Below, one piece after another: positions 38,370 through 52,275 of a stretch of 64,000 bases of DNA (positions within the stretch are counted from its first letter, which is position 1; every line of letters begins with the position of its first letter). The DNA comes from Octopus sinensis (lineage: Eukaryota), in the NCBI RefSeq assembly GCF_006345805.1, contig NC_043006.1, positions 102,796,001 through 102,860,000 on the forward strand, read 5' to 3'. Both the position numbers and the translations under genes were made by a program. Under the pieces are notes generated by a model. It was not told the DNA's origin and made no database searches. It saw only the letters and a program-made list of their open reading frames with translations.

Positions 38370-38685
38370 TGAAGGCGCGTGGCTTAGTGGTTAGGGCATT
38401 CGGCTCACGATCGTAAGGTCGTGAGTTCGATTCCCGGCGATGCGTTGTGTCCTTGAGCAAGACACTTTATTTCATGTTGCTTCAGTCCACTCAGCTGGAA
38501 AAAATGAGTAGTACCTGTATTTCAAAGGGCCAGACTTGTGACACTCTGCGTCACGCTGAGTCTCCCTGAGAACTACGTTAAGGGTACACGTGTTTGCGGA
38601 TTGCTCAGTCACTTGCTCGTTAATTTCACGAGGAAGCTGTTCTGTTGTCTGGTTTAGCTGGAACCCTCATTGTCATAAGCAACGA
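38370..38685 (+). mobile_element. Chimeric SINE: family D head + family B 3' half
   Basis: The head matches 12010-12150. From GTACCTGTATTTCAAAGGGCC onward it matches 3780-3960. Confidence 0.8.
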
Positions 38686-38717
<32 letters not shown>

Positions 38718-38767
38718 AGTGAGTGAGTGTGTGTGTATGCATATATATATACATATATATGCGTGTG

Positions 38768-38819
<52 letters not shown>

Positions 38820-38820
<1 letters not shown>

Positions 38821-39181
38821 TAGCAGTATCACCCGGCGTTGCTCGGGTTTGTAAGGGAAATAACTATAAAGCATTTTTAGAGAGTTATAGCCAAAAAATG
38901 GAAAAAAAATGGTAAATTTTTTTTTGAGAGTTAAAAGGTCGAGTTGCGTCCCCTAGACAGTCTGTGGTTTGTGTTTCTGATTCTCGACCTCATGTCGAAT
39001 TTATCGATTTTTTTCAGAACTGGGGGAACTTTTCAAAATTTTCGCTGCGTTAGTTTTGGATTATGACATTGGGCTATGTGTGTGTCAAGTTTCATCAGAA
39101 TCGGTTGAAAGCCGTGGTCAGGGTCAGGGTACAACCTAACAGACACACAGAACCACACACAGACAAACTGCCGTTTATATA
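38820..39181 (-). mobile_element. Non-autonomous Helitron-like element
   Basis: The minus-strand 3' end is a CCCG..CGGG hairpin followed by CTAG|T (plus strand TACTAGCAGTATCACCCGGCGTTGCTCGGG). The 5' end is TATATAAACGGCAGTTTGTCTGTGTG. Confidence 0.7.
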
Positions 39182-40116
39182 TTGTGCGTTCACATTCCTG
39201 TCTTCTACCAAGAAATCTAATGCTTACAGCTTAGTTTTTTTTCTTGGGGCTGGCCGAGTTGGAGCAAATATCAGAATTGAACAGCCGAAATTTGCTATGA
39301 TGATTCGGTGTCTGACTGAAGATTGAAGGCTTCGAATGATTTGTCTGTGTTCCGTGTTCGTCCCTTCCTGTATTTCACGTTCATTATATATAAAAACATT
39401 CATTCTTATATTATTGCGGCGTTACGTGCACCCCCCGTTTGTTTGTCCAATTTTAAACCCTGCATGACTTCTATACACACTGTCTTTCCTACCCGCCATT
39501 GCTTCTTCACCAAACTTTTTGGGCGCCTCCGATTCTTCCCCTCTCTTCCTCCCATCCTCCTCCCCCTTCCTCCCTCTCCTAATCCTCTTTCTTCCTTTTT
39601 TCTCTTGGTCACTGATTCTGTCCCCTGCCTTCCACCCTCTTTGATTCCCTCTCTCTCTGTCTCTCTTTCTCTCTCTCTCCTGCAACCTGCTGCTTCTTAA
39701 ACCATTCTGTTGGCCATCGGATCTCGACCAACATGTCCCCGCTACCGAAACGGTAATTATTTCTACGCCAGCTATGTTGTTGTTGTTTTTGTCTCATTTG
39801 GTCTAAAGTCGTATGACAACCACCGTTATATATATTTTGTTTATTCATTACTGTTTTCAATTTCGTTTTCGTCTCTTGTATTTACATCCGTCTTGTGCGT
39901 TCACATTCCTGTCTTCTACCAAGAAATCTAATGCTTACAGCTTAGTTTTTTTCTTGGGGCTGGCCGAGTTGGAGCAAATATCAGAATTGAACAGCCGAAA
40001 TTTGCTATGATGATTCGGTGTCTGACTGAAGATTGAAGGCTTCGAATGATTTGTCTGTGTTCCGTGTTCGTCCCTTCCTGTATTTCACGTTCATTATATA
40101 TAAAAACATTCATTCT

Positions 40117-40121
<5 letters not shown>
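39182..40121 (+). mobile_element. Unclassified element bounded by about 230-bp direct repeats (39182-39411 and 39893-40121)
   Basis: The two copies differ visibly only by one T in a poly-T run. The about 480-bp interior is largely non-coding with a C/T tract, and the element ends in (TA)n. Confidence 0.75.
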
Positions 40122-40147
<26 letters not shown>

Positions 40148-41439
40148 TAGAGACAAAACCTATTTTGCAAACAAACAGGAAAGACTTAATCAATACATAT
40201 TTTAATAAATAGTCAAAAAAACCGCCACTACAATCGTTTTTGTCTTGATCGACATATATATATGTATATATAATATATGTATATATAATATATGTGTGTG
40301 TGTATGTACACACTCACACACACATATTTATATATGGAAATGAATTTAAATAGCCTTACCTGCGATGATGAATTAAGAATGTAAATGCACTTCTTCCATG
40401 CTTTCGATGTGAAGGGAAAGGACAAGGGACCCTCTTGACCGACCGTTTTTCTATACATACATATCTATCTACCTACCAACCTACCTATATACCTACCTAC
40501 ACACATCCATATGAATGTATATATCTGTTAGTGTGTGGGTGTATGCGTATACGTGTGTATGAATGTGCACGTATATATATTTCATGAAAATCAACATGGA
40601 AGACTATATTTTAGAGCAAGCTGTGTAACGATTAGAAGTTCATTTCAGCAATGGTTGCTCACGAACAGACGGCTTCTCTAACAGAATTCTGACTGTTTAT
40701 ATTGGAAAATTGAATAACGATATTGTTACTATTTATAGTTAAGTTGGCCGGAACTTTGAGAAGAGAGTGTTTTGGCCACATTAACGACACATCGCCAACA
40801 CATTATCAATTTGAGAATTCAAACCACTTTTGCTTTTGTGAGAGTCTCGTCGCAGTATAAGTAGCTTTCCGCATTAAAAATATCTCAAATTGTTACTTAT
40901 CGATTAGAATGACTTCAAACGTTTCAAAAGCTTTGCATCCATTAAAACGTACCTGATGAGACATCTAATGATTATTTTTTTTCCTTCCAAAATCTGATTA
41001 ACCTTTCAAAGTAACTTCGGTCTTCAAATGTAGTTATTCAGAAAACTGAACTGAGTTTCAATACCAAAGAAATGTACGTTTAATTGAATGATGATAGTTA
41101 TATCTTTTAATCCATTCAGTGATGGTGTCACTACATGTCTGCTGTTGAATTTTCCTACATTTCTATGACGCATGAAGAAATCGCCTTAATGTAGGTCATC
41201 TAGAACAAGTGAACTTGGAGGTGCACCTCTCAAAGTTATATCCACCGAAAGAGTTGTTTATAGAAGTAGCCCTGATTAATGTGACGAACTGACACTATCT
41301 GTGCAATGGATAAATACACGTTCACCCTATTGTACAATAAACAAATAAATCTATAATTGTTTTCAAACATTTAGTTAACCCTTATTTCATACGTTCTGAG
41401 TAATATAAGCCTTTCATTTTATAAGACTCAAGTTACGCT

Positions 41440-42560
41440 GGTTGTTGAAGAAAATTGGATGTGTTTATTATATATGATGCGTGGTAGACGAGATCAACGT
41501 GGAATGGGGACGGGCGCAATCGACTGCCTTCAAAGTGTCAGTGTCGTAGGAGACTTACTTTCGTTTGGTGCTATGGAGGCGTCGTGCACCGTGAGTCAGG
41601 AATGTGAGCGGGAGCAGAGCCCCGCGAGGAGCTGCACTGCCCACGCCATTGAAGACCAGAATTTTCAGGCGGCGCTCAATGATCAGCGATGGACGATAGA
41701 GTGGCGCTGAAAAGAGGGATCCCCGACGCAGAAGAACAAGGTGAGCTGCTACCAGCGTACCCCGAAAGGGCACGCCTGGGGAAAGTTTGAACAAGAGGTA
41801 GAGAAGTAGATTAAGGAAGGTGTCCTTATCCCGTGGAAAAAGAAAGTGATGAGTGGAGTGCTACCTCTAATGGTAGTGGTGCAGCCAAAAATGGCAAAGT
41901 TTGACCGGTACTGGACTTTCGGGAGATGAACGGCGATGAGACGCTGCGTGTATGGCAGTGGACCTAAGGTGGCAACGATCGCATATTTGCAGCTCCATGG
42001 GAGCGATAAACTGTGGCAGTACCAACTGGTGCGATACAAGGGCCAGACATATTGTCTGACAAGGCTGGGTTTGGGGCCGAATTCTGCGCCGAAGATCATG
42101 GCGACAGTGCTTAAATCCATCATGGGAAAAGTATACAGGACAAAAAATGGCCGTCAGTTCCTACATAGATGACATCCTAGTGGACGAGACTATAGTGCCT
42201 GCCTCAGAGGTTGTGAGACATTTGAAGAAATTTGGGTTGATTGCGAAGCCATCGAAGCCAATGGCTGCAGGAGCTGCACTGGGGCTTAAGCTTCAGAGAG
42301 ACAGAACAGGCGAGTTGGTGTTTCGTAGGGGTGACGAGATGCCGGAGCTGGGTACCAACGTCAGCAGGAGAGAACTTCTCAATGTGGGGGATGTTATTAG
42401 GTCTTTAACCGATCGCAGGGTGGCTGCGTACGGCATGAAGTTACACCAAGAGACAAGCAGGAGATGAGAACTGGAGTGACATGGTGGGAGAGGGGGCGGT
42501 GGCGATGATGCGAGAAATCCTGGAGAGTTCGAGAGCGGAAACCCAGTTAGAGAGAACTGG
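41440..42560 (+). pseudogene. Decayed LTR-retrotransposon-type pol fragment (RT core)
   Basis: EGVLIPW..GVLPLMVVVQP, AYLQL..LWQYQLVRYKGQTYCLTRLGLGPNSAP, SYIDDILV (YIDD at 42162-42173) and LGLKLQRD..SRRELL. Several frameshifts; GC-richer than the flanks. Confidence 0.75.
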
Positions 42561-43197
42561 CATGTACCCAAATGACGTCTGGCACAATAACAGTAGTTCG
42601 ATTGAACTTGTCGAACATTTTGCTTCAAACGGCTGCAATTTTGCAAAAGACTTGAAAGTGTATATTCTCAGAAAATATTCTGAATGAATCTGCTTCACTT
42701 TCACTTCTCAAAAGCATGAGGAGAAATATATTTGCGGGTTATTAACATCCCGCCCAGGAGGAATGAATAAAATGACAGGAGAATATCATCAAATTGATAC
42801 AAAACTATTTGATTAAATATTCTTCTTTTTGTCCTTCCCTTTTTTTCTTTCCTCTTTCTTCCTGTCTTTATATCTGTCTTTTCTCTTTTCTGTGTTTTTG
42901 TTTTCGCCTGTTATAAAATTGAAACTTAAAGACTGATGATGTCCTTCCATCAACGTGTGTACGCTGGTTTCTCTCGTTCATACTTTAAATTTAAATTTCT
43001 ATAATTTTGAATTTTTATCGACAAAGACAGGTCTATTGCCGAAATATCGTTCAACCAATAAAATATCTATTACAATCGAATCGCGATCTTCGTCATGACT
43101 AATAACAACAACAACAACAACAACAATAATAATAATAATACACACGTATATAGATAAATAGATACACAGACAGATATTAGAGTTATGGGATTACCTT

Positions 43198-43520
43198 AGG
43201 TCTCACGTCCATAAAGGACCTGGCTTTATGGTGTATCATCAGATCCCAAAATCTGTTGACTAAAAGTCTCTCTAGTGAGTGGCTTCTCTACAATATGGAA
43301 GAGGAAATGAGTTCGTTATTCAATGGGGTGATCGATAGCCAAAGGGACACATTCTCCTTTGTTGACATCTGTAATCGATAGCGAAGGGGAGATAATCATC
43401 TTTGTTGACATTGAGTAACGAGCTCCTTTCCTCCTCCATATTCTAGAGAGGCCTTTTGCCAATAGCTTTTGGAATGTGGTGATACGCTATAAAGCCAGGC
43501 CTTTTATGGACGTGAAACCT
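43198..43520. mobile_element. MITE-like element with about 32-bp imperfect TIRs
   Basis: AGGTCTCACGTCCATAAAGGACCTGGCTTTAT (43198-43229) vs ATAAAGCCAGGCCTTTTATGGACGTGAAACCT (43489-43520). No TSD resolved. Confidence 0.65.
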
Positions 43521-43659
43521 ATAAACCCATAAACCAGCATTATCTAACTTAAATAAATACTTCGGATATATGTTTACGAACGATATATATATATATATGT
43601 GTGTGTGTGTGTATAGACATTATATGTATATACGTATATATATATATATATGAGCGCGT

Positions 43660-43862
43660 GTGTACCGTTGGCGATTTTTTTTACCTCTGTCTTCCCTTCT
43701 TTGGCTCTTTCCTTCTCCTATGTTTACGACGAAGAGCTCCGCTCGAAACGTAAAACCCTCCTTCTTTCCTTCTTTCCTGAGCATCCAATAATACTATACT
43801 TGTTCCACGTCCTCGCGTTGTTGTGTTTTCTCTTTGTATTTTCATGTTTGGATTAACTTTAT
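43660..43862 (+). mobile_element. Solo PLE pseudo-LTR (subfamily 2) with degenerate HHR at 43722-43756
   Basis: Homologous to 13605-13795. Fold GTTT-ACGACGA-A-GAGC(TCC)GCTC-GAAAC-GTA-AAAC. Confidence 0.7.
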
Positions 43863-44344
43863 ATACAAGTGTATATGTGTGCGTGAGCGCCTGTCCTTGT
43901 GTGTGTGTGTGTGTGTGTCTCGCTGTGCGTGTGCCTCTGTTCGCGCTCGCATGGTATGTTTTAATCCGGGACTGGATAAAATTTAGTTCAACAAAATTCA
44001 TATCTTAGATTCGTTTTTAATAACCCACACGCGCTGCGCGCCTGTGAGCACACAGACAAACACACAAACAAGCAAGCAAACACTCATATACACACATACT
44101 TATAATCTTGCACGTTTTGATAACACCATACATATTGTGGAAACAGTCAAAATAATTCAGTTATACAAATAAAATAAATATATTATTTAACGTGGAAAGG
44201 AAATAGAATAAATTAATGTGTCTAAATCGCGGCTGGCCCAAAACAACAACCAACAGCTGCAAAATAAGTAGCAAAATGTATCAAAGCCAAGAATTGCATC
44301 AATTTCCGTTAACCTTGAAGCAGGAATAACAATAATAATCGTTT

Positions 44345-44618
44345 CTACTAGCAGAAACTGGCATTTATATCGACCCTGAAAGGATGATAGCCAAAGTCGA
44401 CCTTGGCGGAATTTGAACTCAAAACATGAAGACGGAACAAAAAGCTACAATTCTGCCAATTCGCCGCATTAATAACTATAATAATAATAATAATAATAAT
44501 GATGATGATGATGATGATGATGATGATGGTTGTGGTGGTGGTGATGGTGATGATGGTGATGGTGGTGATGGTGATGGTGGTGATGGTGGTGATGGTGATG
44601 GTGATGATGATGATGATA

Positions 44619-44653
<35 letters not shown>

Positions 44654-44820
44654 CCATTCTTATATAGGTACAAGGCCTGAAATGTTTTTCTGGAGGTGCG
44701 GCTTAGTCGATTACATCGACTCCGGAAGGATGAATATTAAAGTCGACCTCGGTGGAATTTGGACTCAGAATATAAAACCGGCCGAAATGCCGCTAAGCAT
44801 TTTGTCAGCATGCCAACGAC
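44345..44820 (-). mobile_element. Two SINE family A copies (44345-44465 and 44675-44820) separated by a (GAT/GGT)n tract
   Basis: AAAGTCGACCT(T/C)GG(C/T)GGAATTTG motifs. Confidence 0.8.
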
Positions 44821-44844
44821 TCTGTGGGCTCGTCGCCTTATACA

Positions 44845-44880
<36 letters not shown>

Positions 44881-44887
44881 GTGATGG

Positions 44888-44931
<44 letters not shown>

Positions 44932-44944
44932 TAAATAATAATGA

Positions 44945-45210
44945 TAGACACTGAGAAAGTTGACAAAAAAGAAAAGAAAGCCCACCATCCGAGGGCTAAT
45001 TGTAACAGGCCACACCTGAAGAGAGACCAAGGTGGAAGAGGCTTCGTTGCTGTTGAAGAGTTTGAACCGATGGAAAGCAAAATGCTATTGGAATATTTAC
45101 TTAACAGCATAGAACTACTAAGGACATTGAATAAGGAACAAGTGATTAAGTGTGGAATAGGAGAAAAAGGAAAAGTATGTTAGACAGATTGAAAACAAAC
45201 TTTTGCATGG
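44945..45210 (+). pseudogene. Decayed RLE-type (R4/Dong-like) LINE fragment, post-RT region
   Basis: HHPRANCNRPHLKRDQGGRGFVAVEE resembles the HPxxxxxRLYxxRxxGGRGL motif. Confidence 0.6.
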
Positions 45211-45652
45211 TCAATTTGATATGTATATATACATATAAAATTAATTAAGGGTAGAAATTGATATTAGTCAATTAAAACCAGTGGTCTAGCATATTAAGAA
45301 GAATCCGAAGATTAAAATATTTATATATACCAATTAAGGACTGAACACGAAAAGTGGACAGTCAACATGCTAGATATAGACGTCAAATCGCCATTCTCCA
45401 CAAAGAGTATGTTCTCAAATAAAACTCAGCACAAGACCAAAGCATTGAACAAGACAAATGAAAATATACGAAATAAAATAATTATCCATGTACTGAATCA
45501 GTTTCGGTTATTATTATAATTTGTGTTTATCTCTAAGTTTTAGCACACGGGTGTAAAACAAGGTAACGATTGAGTCTTCTTACGCCAAAATTAAACTACT
45601 TATTTTTTGTTGGAACATATAGTGTGTATGTTATACTTCTATATATATATAT

Positions 45653-45818
45653 ACGACGGGCTTCTTTCAGTTTCCGTCTACCAAATCCACTCACAAGGCT
45701 TTGGTCGGCCTGAGGCTATAGTAGAAGACACTCACCCAAGGTGCTACGCAGTGGTACTGAACCCGGAACCATGTGGTTAGGAAGCAAGCTTCTTACCACA
45801 TAGCCACACCTGCGCCTA
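45653..45818 (-). mobile_element. SINE family C 5' half
   Basis: Reverse complement of 15451-15625. Confidence 0.85.
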
Positions 45819-46997
45819 TAGGGCAAAATATATGGCTTATATAATCTAATGTAGTATTATTACTAACATTTCTATTAACCTGGGCATTCAAAAGCCTTAG
45901 TAGGCAGTGGTAGGGATCGAATCTCTAATCTACAAGGGGTCTAACCGAGTACTACAAAGTATTAGTTATAAATAGACATATTAAGCCGGTAGAATACCTG
46001 AACGGGTAGTGAGCTTGTATTTTGATGTTGCCTTTTTTCACTTATAGAATTCTCTTTCGTTCATGCTGCCTTATATCAATACCTTTGCTTTTGTTTACTT
46101 TTAAATACACCTCTAAGTTCACCATGGTATCAGTTTGTCAGCTTGTTCCAATGTCAGGAATCAATATTGCAATGTTATGTAATACTACCCTCTAAACGTT
46201 GAGACTATTTGTGATTTCCATCAGAGACATCGAAGTAATCACAAGAGAAATATGAAATATGTAGATGCGCTGTGAACAAACAAAATATCGTATCTAATGC
46301 TTCGGTCTTATTTTATTTTTCGCTGAAAACAATAACAATAAGAAAATAAAATGTGCAATAATACTTAAGCTCAAAGGTGATGACGTTGAAATGGAATGCT
46401 GAAGATCGACGATTCGAATTCCATGGATAATTAAACGGTGATAATCTATTTACTGGGAATGAATGCCTTCACCATCTGGATTTACAGAAAATATTTGATT
46501 ACTTTCACGACTTTCCGACCTGACCTTACACTCTGAAATTAATTTGGTGGAGCATTAGACATAATTACTTTTCCGTGTGGCTTGGCCCTTTGCAATTGGT
46601 TAAAATAAATATATTTACAACAAGACAAAACAAAACATGTCTAAAACAAAACAAAATATAATGGAAAGTAGAGAAGGAAAGCATAAAATATGCTCCCGTT
46701 ACCACAGAAGGAAAGATAAAAACAAAACAACGATGAATAAATTAGTAAAGAAGTGTTAAGATAATGATATGTTTGCCTTTCATTATGAGGAGGGAAGAGA
46801 AAGTGTGGTTGAACTGAATGATGAGAATCCAGTTCAACAATATGTTTGAACTTATATGGCCTCGCTATACGTTGTAGATTCAAGAGATGAGTAGAATTAT
46901 GCAGAAACTGCTTAGAGACGACTTGGGAGATATATAATTAGCTTAGCTAAAAGATCGCAGCTACACTCCTACGATAAGCCGATAGATGAACAAAGTC

Positions 46998-47443
46998 GGA
47001 TCTTTTCGGTTTGAACGGCAGTTTTTTCTAGCGGCGTCATATGAAATTGTCACCCATAATTATGACCCTAGTATCGATCTATTGCATTTCAATCTATTTT
47101 AGGGTTAGGGTTAGAGTTAGGGTTAGTTAGGGTTAGGGTTAGGGTTAGGGGGGAAGGGTATCTTTTTTTTCTTCAGAAATGTAAATAAACCCAATCTGTT
47201 TCTTAAACGAGGGACATATTCATACGGCACAGAATGTTTTCACCTCAATAGATGGTCATTGATTGGTTGAAATTGCAGAAATTGAAGAAAAAAACAACAA
47301 ATATCTTACAAACAAAAGAATGTTCTCAATAAAGCCAAGAGAAAAAGATGTTTTATAAACACATTCTACCAGTATACGAAGTTTAAAATTTTTTAGTTAC
47401 CTATAAATTATGTTAAAAACTACCGTTCAAACCGAAAAGATCC
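46998..47443. mobile_element. Merlin-like MITE, copy 1
   Basis: TIR GGATCTTTTCGGTTTGAACGG(C/T)AGTTTT and 8-bp TSD ACAAAGTC (46990-46997 and 47444-47451). Internal TTAGGG-like run at 47098-47150. Confidence 0.85.
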
Positions 47444-48549
47444 ACAAAGTCTTCTATCATGGACACAGAACCAGCAATTTTTAGGGGTCGGGGATTAGTA
47501 GATATTATCAATCATAGTAACTGATACTTATTTTAGCAACCCCAAAAGAACAAAAGGTAAAGTTGACATCACCAAGATTTGAACCTCAAAAAGCGAAAGA
47601 AATAGCTCTGAGTATTTCCCCCCCTGCTCTAACGGTTCTGCCAACTCACTGCTGACCAATCCTTCAAAATAATGCAAATGTTGACAGTGATATATTTGAC
47701 TGAAATCACTCCAGTTTATTATTTTTAATTATTGAAAAAGAAAAGTAAAGTTATTCGGAGGAATTGAATTCAGAATCGTGATGATCCAAATAAATGATGA
47801 CTCTGCCACCGTGTTTTCCTCTCTCCATCAGAATTCTATCTTCATTCCTTTCTGTAGACTCTTCCATTTTCTCTAAGAATCGAACTAATTCACCTTGTTC
47901 GTTGCTCCTACACCTGTCTCTGTCTTTTGCGTTTTTTTTAGTTTTTGTACAATTTTGAACCATATATATACATATACATACACACACACACACACATATA
48001 TATATAGGAATACACACACATACACACACACACACATATATATATTGGAATACACACACTCATACACGCACATGCACACTCACGGGCACACAAGCGATCA
48101 CTTGCGGATATATATATCCGCAATAAATAGAATGAGACCACAAGGCAAAGGCAGTGTGAAATATCTAGGCTATTTTAAAAAGAGAAGGGTCGTCTTACAG
48201 CTGTTTCAGGGATATAAAGAGAAATATAAGAATAAAAATAAAGATATGTGTTGGATGTTAAACTTACTGTTCCATCATCCAATGAATGTGTTGTGTAGAA
48301 TGGGTAAAAAGGCTTCTTGTCCAAGGTATGCAAGTTCGTGTAGGAGTTCATATTTTGTTATTACAAATGAATAGTGTGCAGGTATTAATTCCATGTGGTG
48401 TTCATTCAAAGGGATTCCTTGAATAATGGAACTGCAAGTTTAACATCCAACATATATGCTTATTTTTATTCTTGTATTTCCCTTTATACTTCCTATATCT
48501 CACCTTTTCCAAAATAACTTCTTATTTTGAAATCTACTATTTCCTTCTA

Positions 48550-49455
<906 letters not shown>

Positions 49456-49620
49456 TTTTGACAAATAATATAGGTCGATTTAGTGTGTTTCAATGTTGGG
49501 TAGGGCACCGGCACAGTCTAGGGTACCTTTTGTCACTCGCAGTCGTGGTACGCTTCTGTTGGATTTAACTTGATGGACATATAACAAGTCAGCCGACATT
49601 AAAAATCTGTAGTGAGACAC

Positions 49621-49688
49621 ATCTTTATTGGTGTACCTGATGAGAACCAAACTAATGGGACAAAACATATGTTGTACCCAATAAAGAT
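49621..49688 (+). ncRNA. Degenerate type I hammerhead ribozyme with 15-bp stem I
   Basis: ATCTTTATTGG(T)GTAC-CTGATGA-GAACC..GGGAC-AAAAC(ATAT)GTT-GTACCCAATAAAGAT. G12 appears as A, and stem II has two mismatches. Confidence 0.6.
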
Positions 49689-49732
49689 TTAATACCAAAT
49701 CCATCTCCCGTTAATTAATATTATGTATATAT

Positions 49733-49769
<37 letters not shown>

Positions 49770-49779
49770 GTATAAAGGG

Positions 49780-49966
49780 AAAGTTTACGAAAATAAACAA
49801 AAGACGAAGGCAGGCGGAGTACAAACAAACAAATGTATTAGTATAACGCTCAGAAATAGAAAAAGTCTTTTACGTTTCGAGCCTACGCTATTCGACAGAA
49901 AGATACACAGAAAAAAACAAGGAGAGAAAAATATGCGTGTAGGAGCTAACGATCTATCATGGCGTC
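49780..49966 (-). mobile_element. Solo PLE pseudo-LTR (subfamily 1) with variant HHR-like fold at 49867-49902
   Basis: Homologous to 38005-38215 and 33650-33836. Minus-strand fold CTTT-CTGTCGA-A-TAGC(GTAG)GCTC-GAAAC-GTA-AAAG. (TA)n on both sides. Confidence 0.75.
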
Positions 49967-49976
49967 CATATATATA

Positions 49977-50007
<31 letters not shown>

Positions 50008-50009
50008 AC

Positions 50010-50173
<164 letters not shown>

Positions 50174-51082
50174 ATATATATATCCGCAAGTGATAGCTCC
50201 TTCGCACATTTATGTTTAAAATGTTAAGAAAATATCAGAAAAGATAATTTTCCTCAGAATGCTCTTAGAATGCGAAAGTCTTTTTTCCCGTCTGTGTACT
50301 TGAACGTCTTAACGCTTTTCTCGTGTGTGAGTGTGTGTACATGAACATTTTAACTATAACTGTACAAACTTAAATTTCAATAAGTTCTGTTTCGTGCCCC
50401 TCTAGTTGATATACTTAAATATCTTTATATATATATTTATAAATATGCATAAAAAACAAACATATACACGTCCGCACACACACACACGCAAACACACCCA
50501 CACACTAACGCTCATATAGGCATGTGTATATGTAGGTAAGTGTGTAGACATTACGGACAGCATCTCTCAGAATTTCCTCTATTGTCTATAATGAAATTTC
50601 GGCTCACCGTTCCACTAACCATTTATGCTGCTGCCTTTACTATTCCATTCAATATAAGGCTCCCTCGCCCACAAAGTACAACCGTCTGGCGATCGCGCCT
50701 GCTGGCATTCTCCTTGGAATTCTTTATGTAGCAATTAACAATAAATATAAACACTTTTGCTTGTTCAATAAATTGATGCACTCAGATTTAGAAGTTTGAG
50801 TTTTACTGCAGGGGAAACCCATCTCTCTAGAGACACTACTGAAACTTAAAGAGGAATTCAATAATCGTTATACAGAAAATACTACAAAGAAATAAAATAA
50901 TTATGAGTTTTTAATGAATCGGTTTCAAATAGTTCGGTTAAGTTAGGAATTTTATATCTCGTATATGTTTGATTAAAATTTAATCCATACACTTTTATTT
51001 GAAGATAAAGAAAAAAAAATGCTAAATATGAGACCTGATACTGACTGATTCGATATAATGAACTGGTCGGTAGTTCGAAGAA

Positions 51083-51471
51083 GTGGAGGCGCAATGGCCC
51101 AGTGGTTAGGGCAGCGGACTCGCGGTCGTAGGATCGCGGTTTCGATTCCCAGACCGGGCGTTGTGAGTGTTTATTGAGCGAAAACACCTAAAAGCTCCAC
51201 GAGGCTCCGGCAGGGATGGTGGTGATCCCTGCTGTACTCTTTCACCACAACTTTCTCTCACTCTTACTTCCTGTTTCTGTTGTACCTGTATTTCAAAGGG
51301 CCGGCCTTGTCACTCTCTGTGTCACACTGAATATCCCCGAGAACTACGTTAAGGGTACACGTGTCTGTGCAGTGCTCAGCCACTTACACGTTAATTTCAC
51401 GAGTAGGCTGTTCCGTTGGTCGGATCAACCGGAACCTTCATCGTCGTAACCGACGGAGTGCTTCTTCTCTC
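51083..51471 (+). mobile_element. SINE family B, full length, with 11-bp TSD
   Basis: TSD AGTTCGAAGAA at 51072-51082 and 51472-51482. Confidence 0.9.
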
Positions 51472-51803
51472 AGTTCGAAGAAATACAGGTTCGAATCGCA
51501 TGATGAGCCCGATTATCAGTTCATGGGAAAGATGCTTAACTTTCAATATCGTAGTTCAACTAGAAAATTGTGATGCAGATATTGATTATGAGTTCGATCC
51601 CATGGTATGTTATTTTGGGTGGGTTCGATTCGGCTGAAACTTTGCGAATGCAGTTTGATAGACGGAAACTCAGCGCGATCCCATGGAAAGGACTTTTCCT
51701 GTTTTCGGATCGTAGCCTTAATCCACCGCCAGAGATTTAACAGCACCATTTTTGTCCATGCGTGAATTTAGCCGGAATTTAGCCACATTTTTTATCCTTT
51801 TAT

Positions 51804-52206
51804 TCTTTTACTTGTTTCAGTCATTTGACTGCGACCATGCTGGAGCCACAGCCGTAAAGGGTTTTTTTAGTCGAAAAAATATCGCCCCCAGGACTTATTC
51901 TTTGTAAGCCTTGTACTTATTCTATCGGTCTCTTTTGCCCAACCGCTATGTCACGGGGACGTAAACACACCAACATCGGTTGTCACATGATATTGGGGCA
52001 AAGACAGGCACACACACACACACATATATACGTATATATATACGACGGGCTTCTTTCAGTTTCCGTCTACCAAATCCACATGCAAGGATTTGGTTGGCCC
52101 GAGGCTATAGTAGAAGACACTTGTCTAAATTGTCATGCAGTAGGACTGAACTTGGAACCATGTAGCTGGGAAGCAAGCTACTTACCACACAGCCAGGGCC
52201 TGCGCC
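51804..52206 (-). mobile_element. SINE family C
   Basis: Reverse complement of 15451-15893. Confidence 0.85.
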
Positions 52207-52275
52207 GACGTGTTTTTCTTTTTTTCTTTATTATGTCATTTATTACGCTCAGTACACCGTTACAGTTGCAGTTTT

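Noticed and set aside
39300-39345. CTGAAGA..CTTCGAAT in the direct repeats as an HHR
   Set aside because: GAAT replaces GAAA, and neither stem II nor stem III forms in the required register.
42925-43070. Two very degenerate HHR-like strings followed by AATAAA
   Set aside because: GAAA or CUGA core elements are missing and the stems are not convincing. It may be an old pLTR, but this is unsupported.
46390-46425. CTGAAGA within a hairpin (TGGAAT..ATTCCA)
   Set aside because: There is no GAAA-stem III-UH segment.
47098-47150. Telomere or chromosome-fusion scar
   Set aside because: The short TTAGGG-like run is internal to a MITE that occurs three times in the window.
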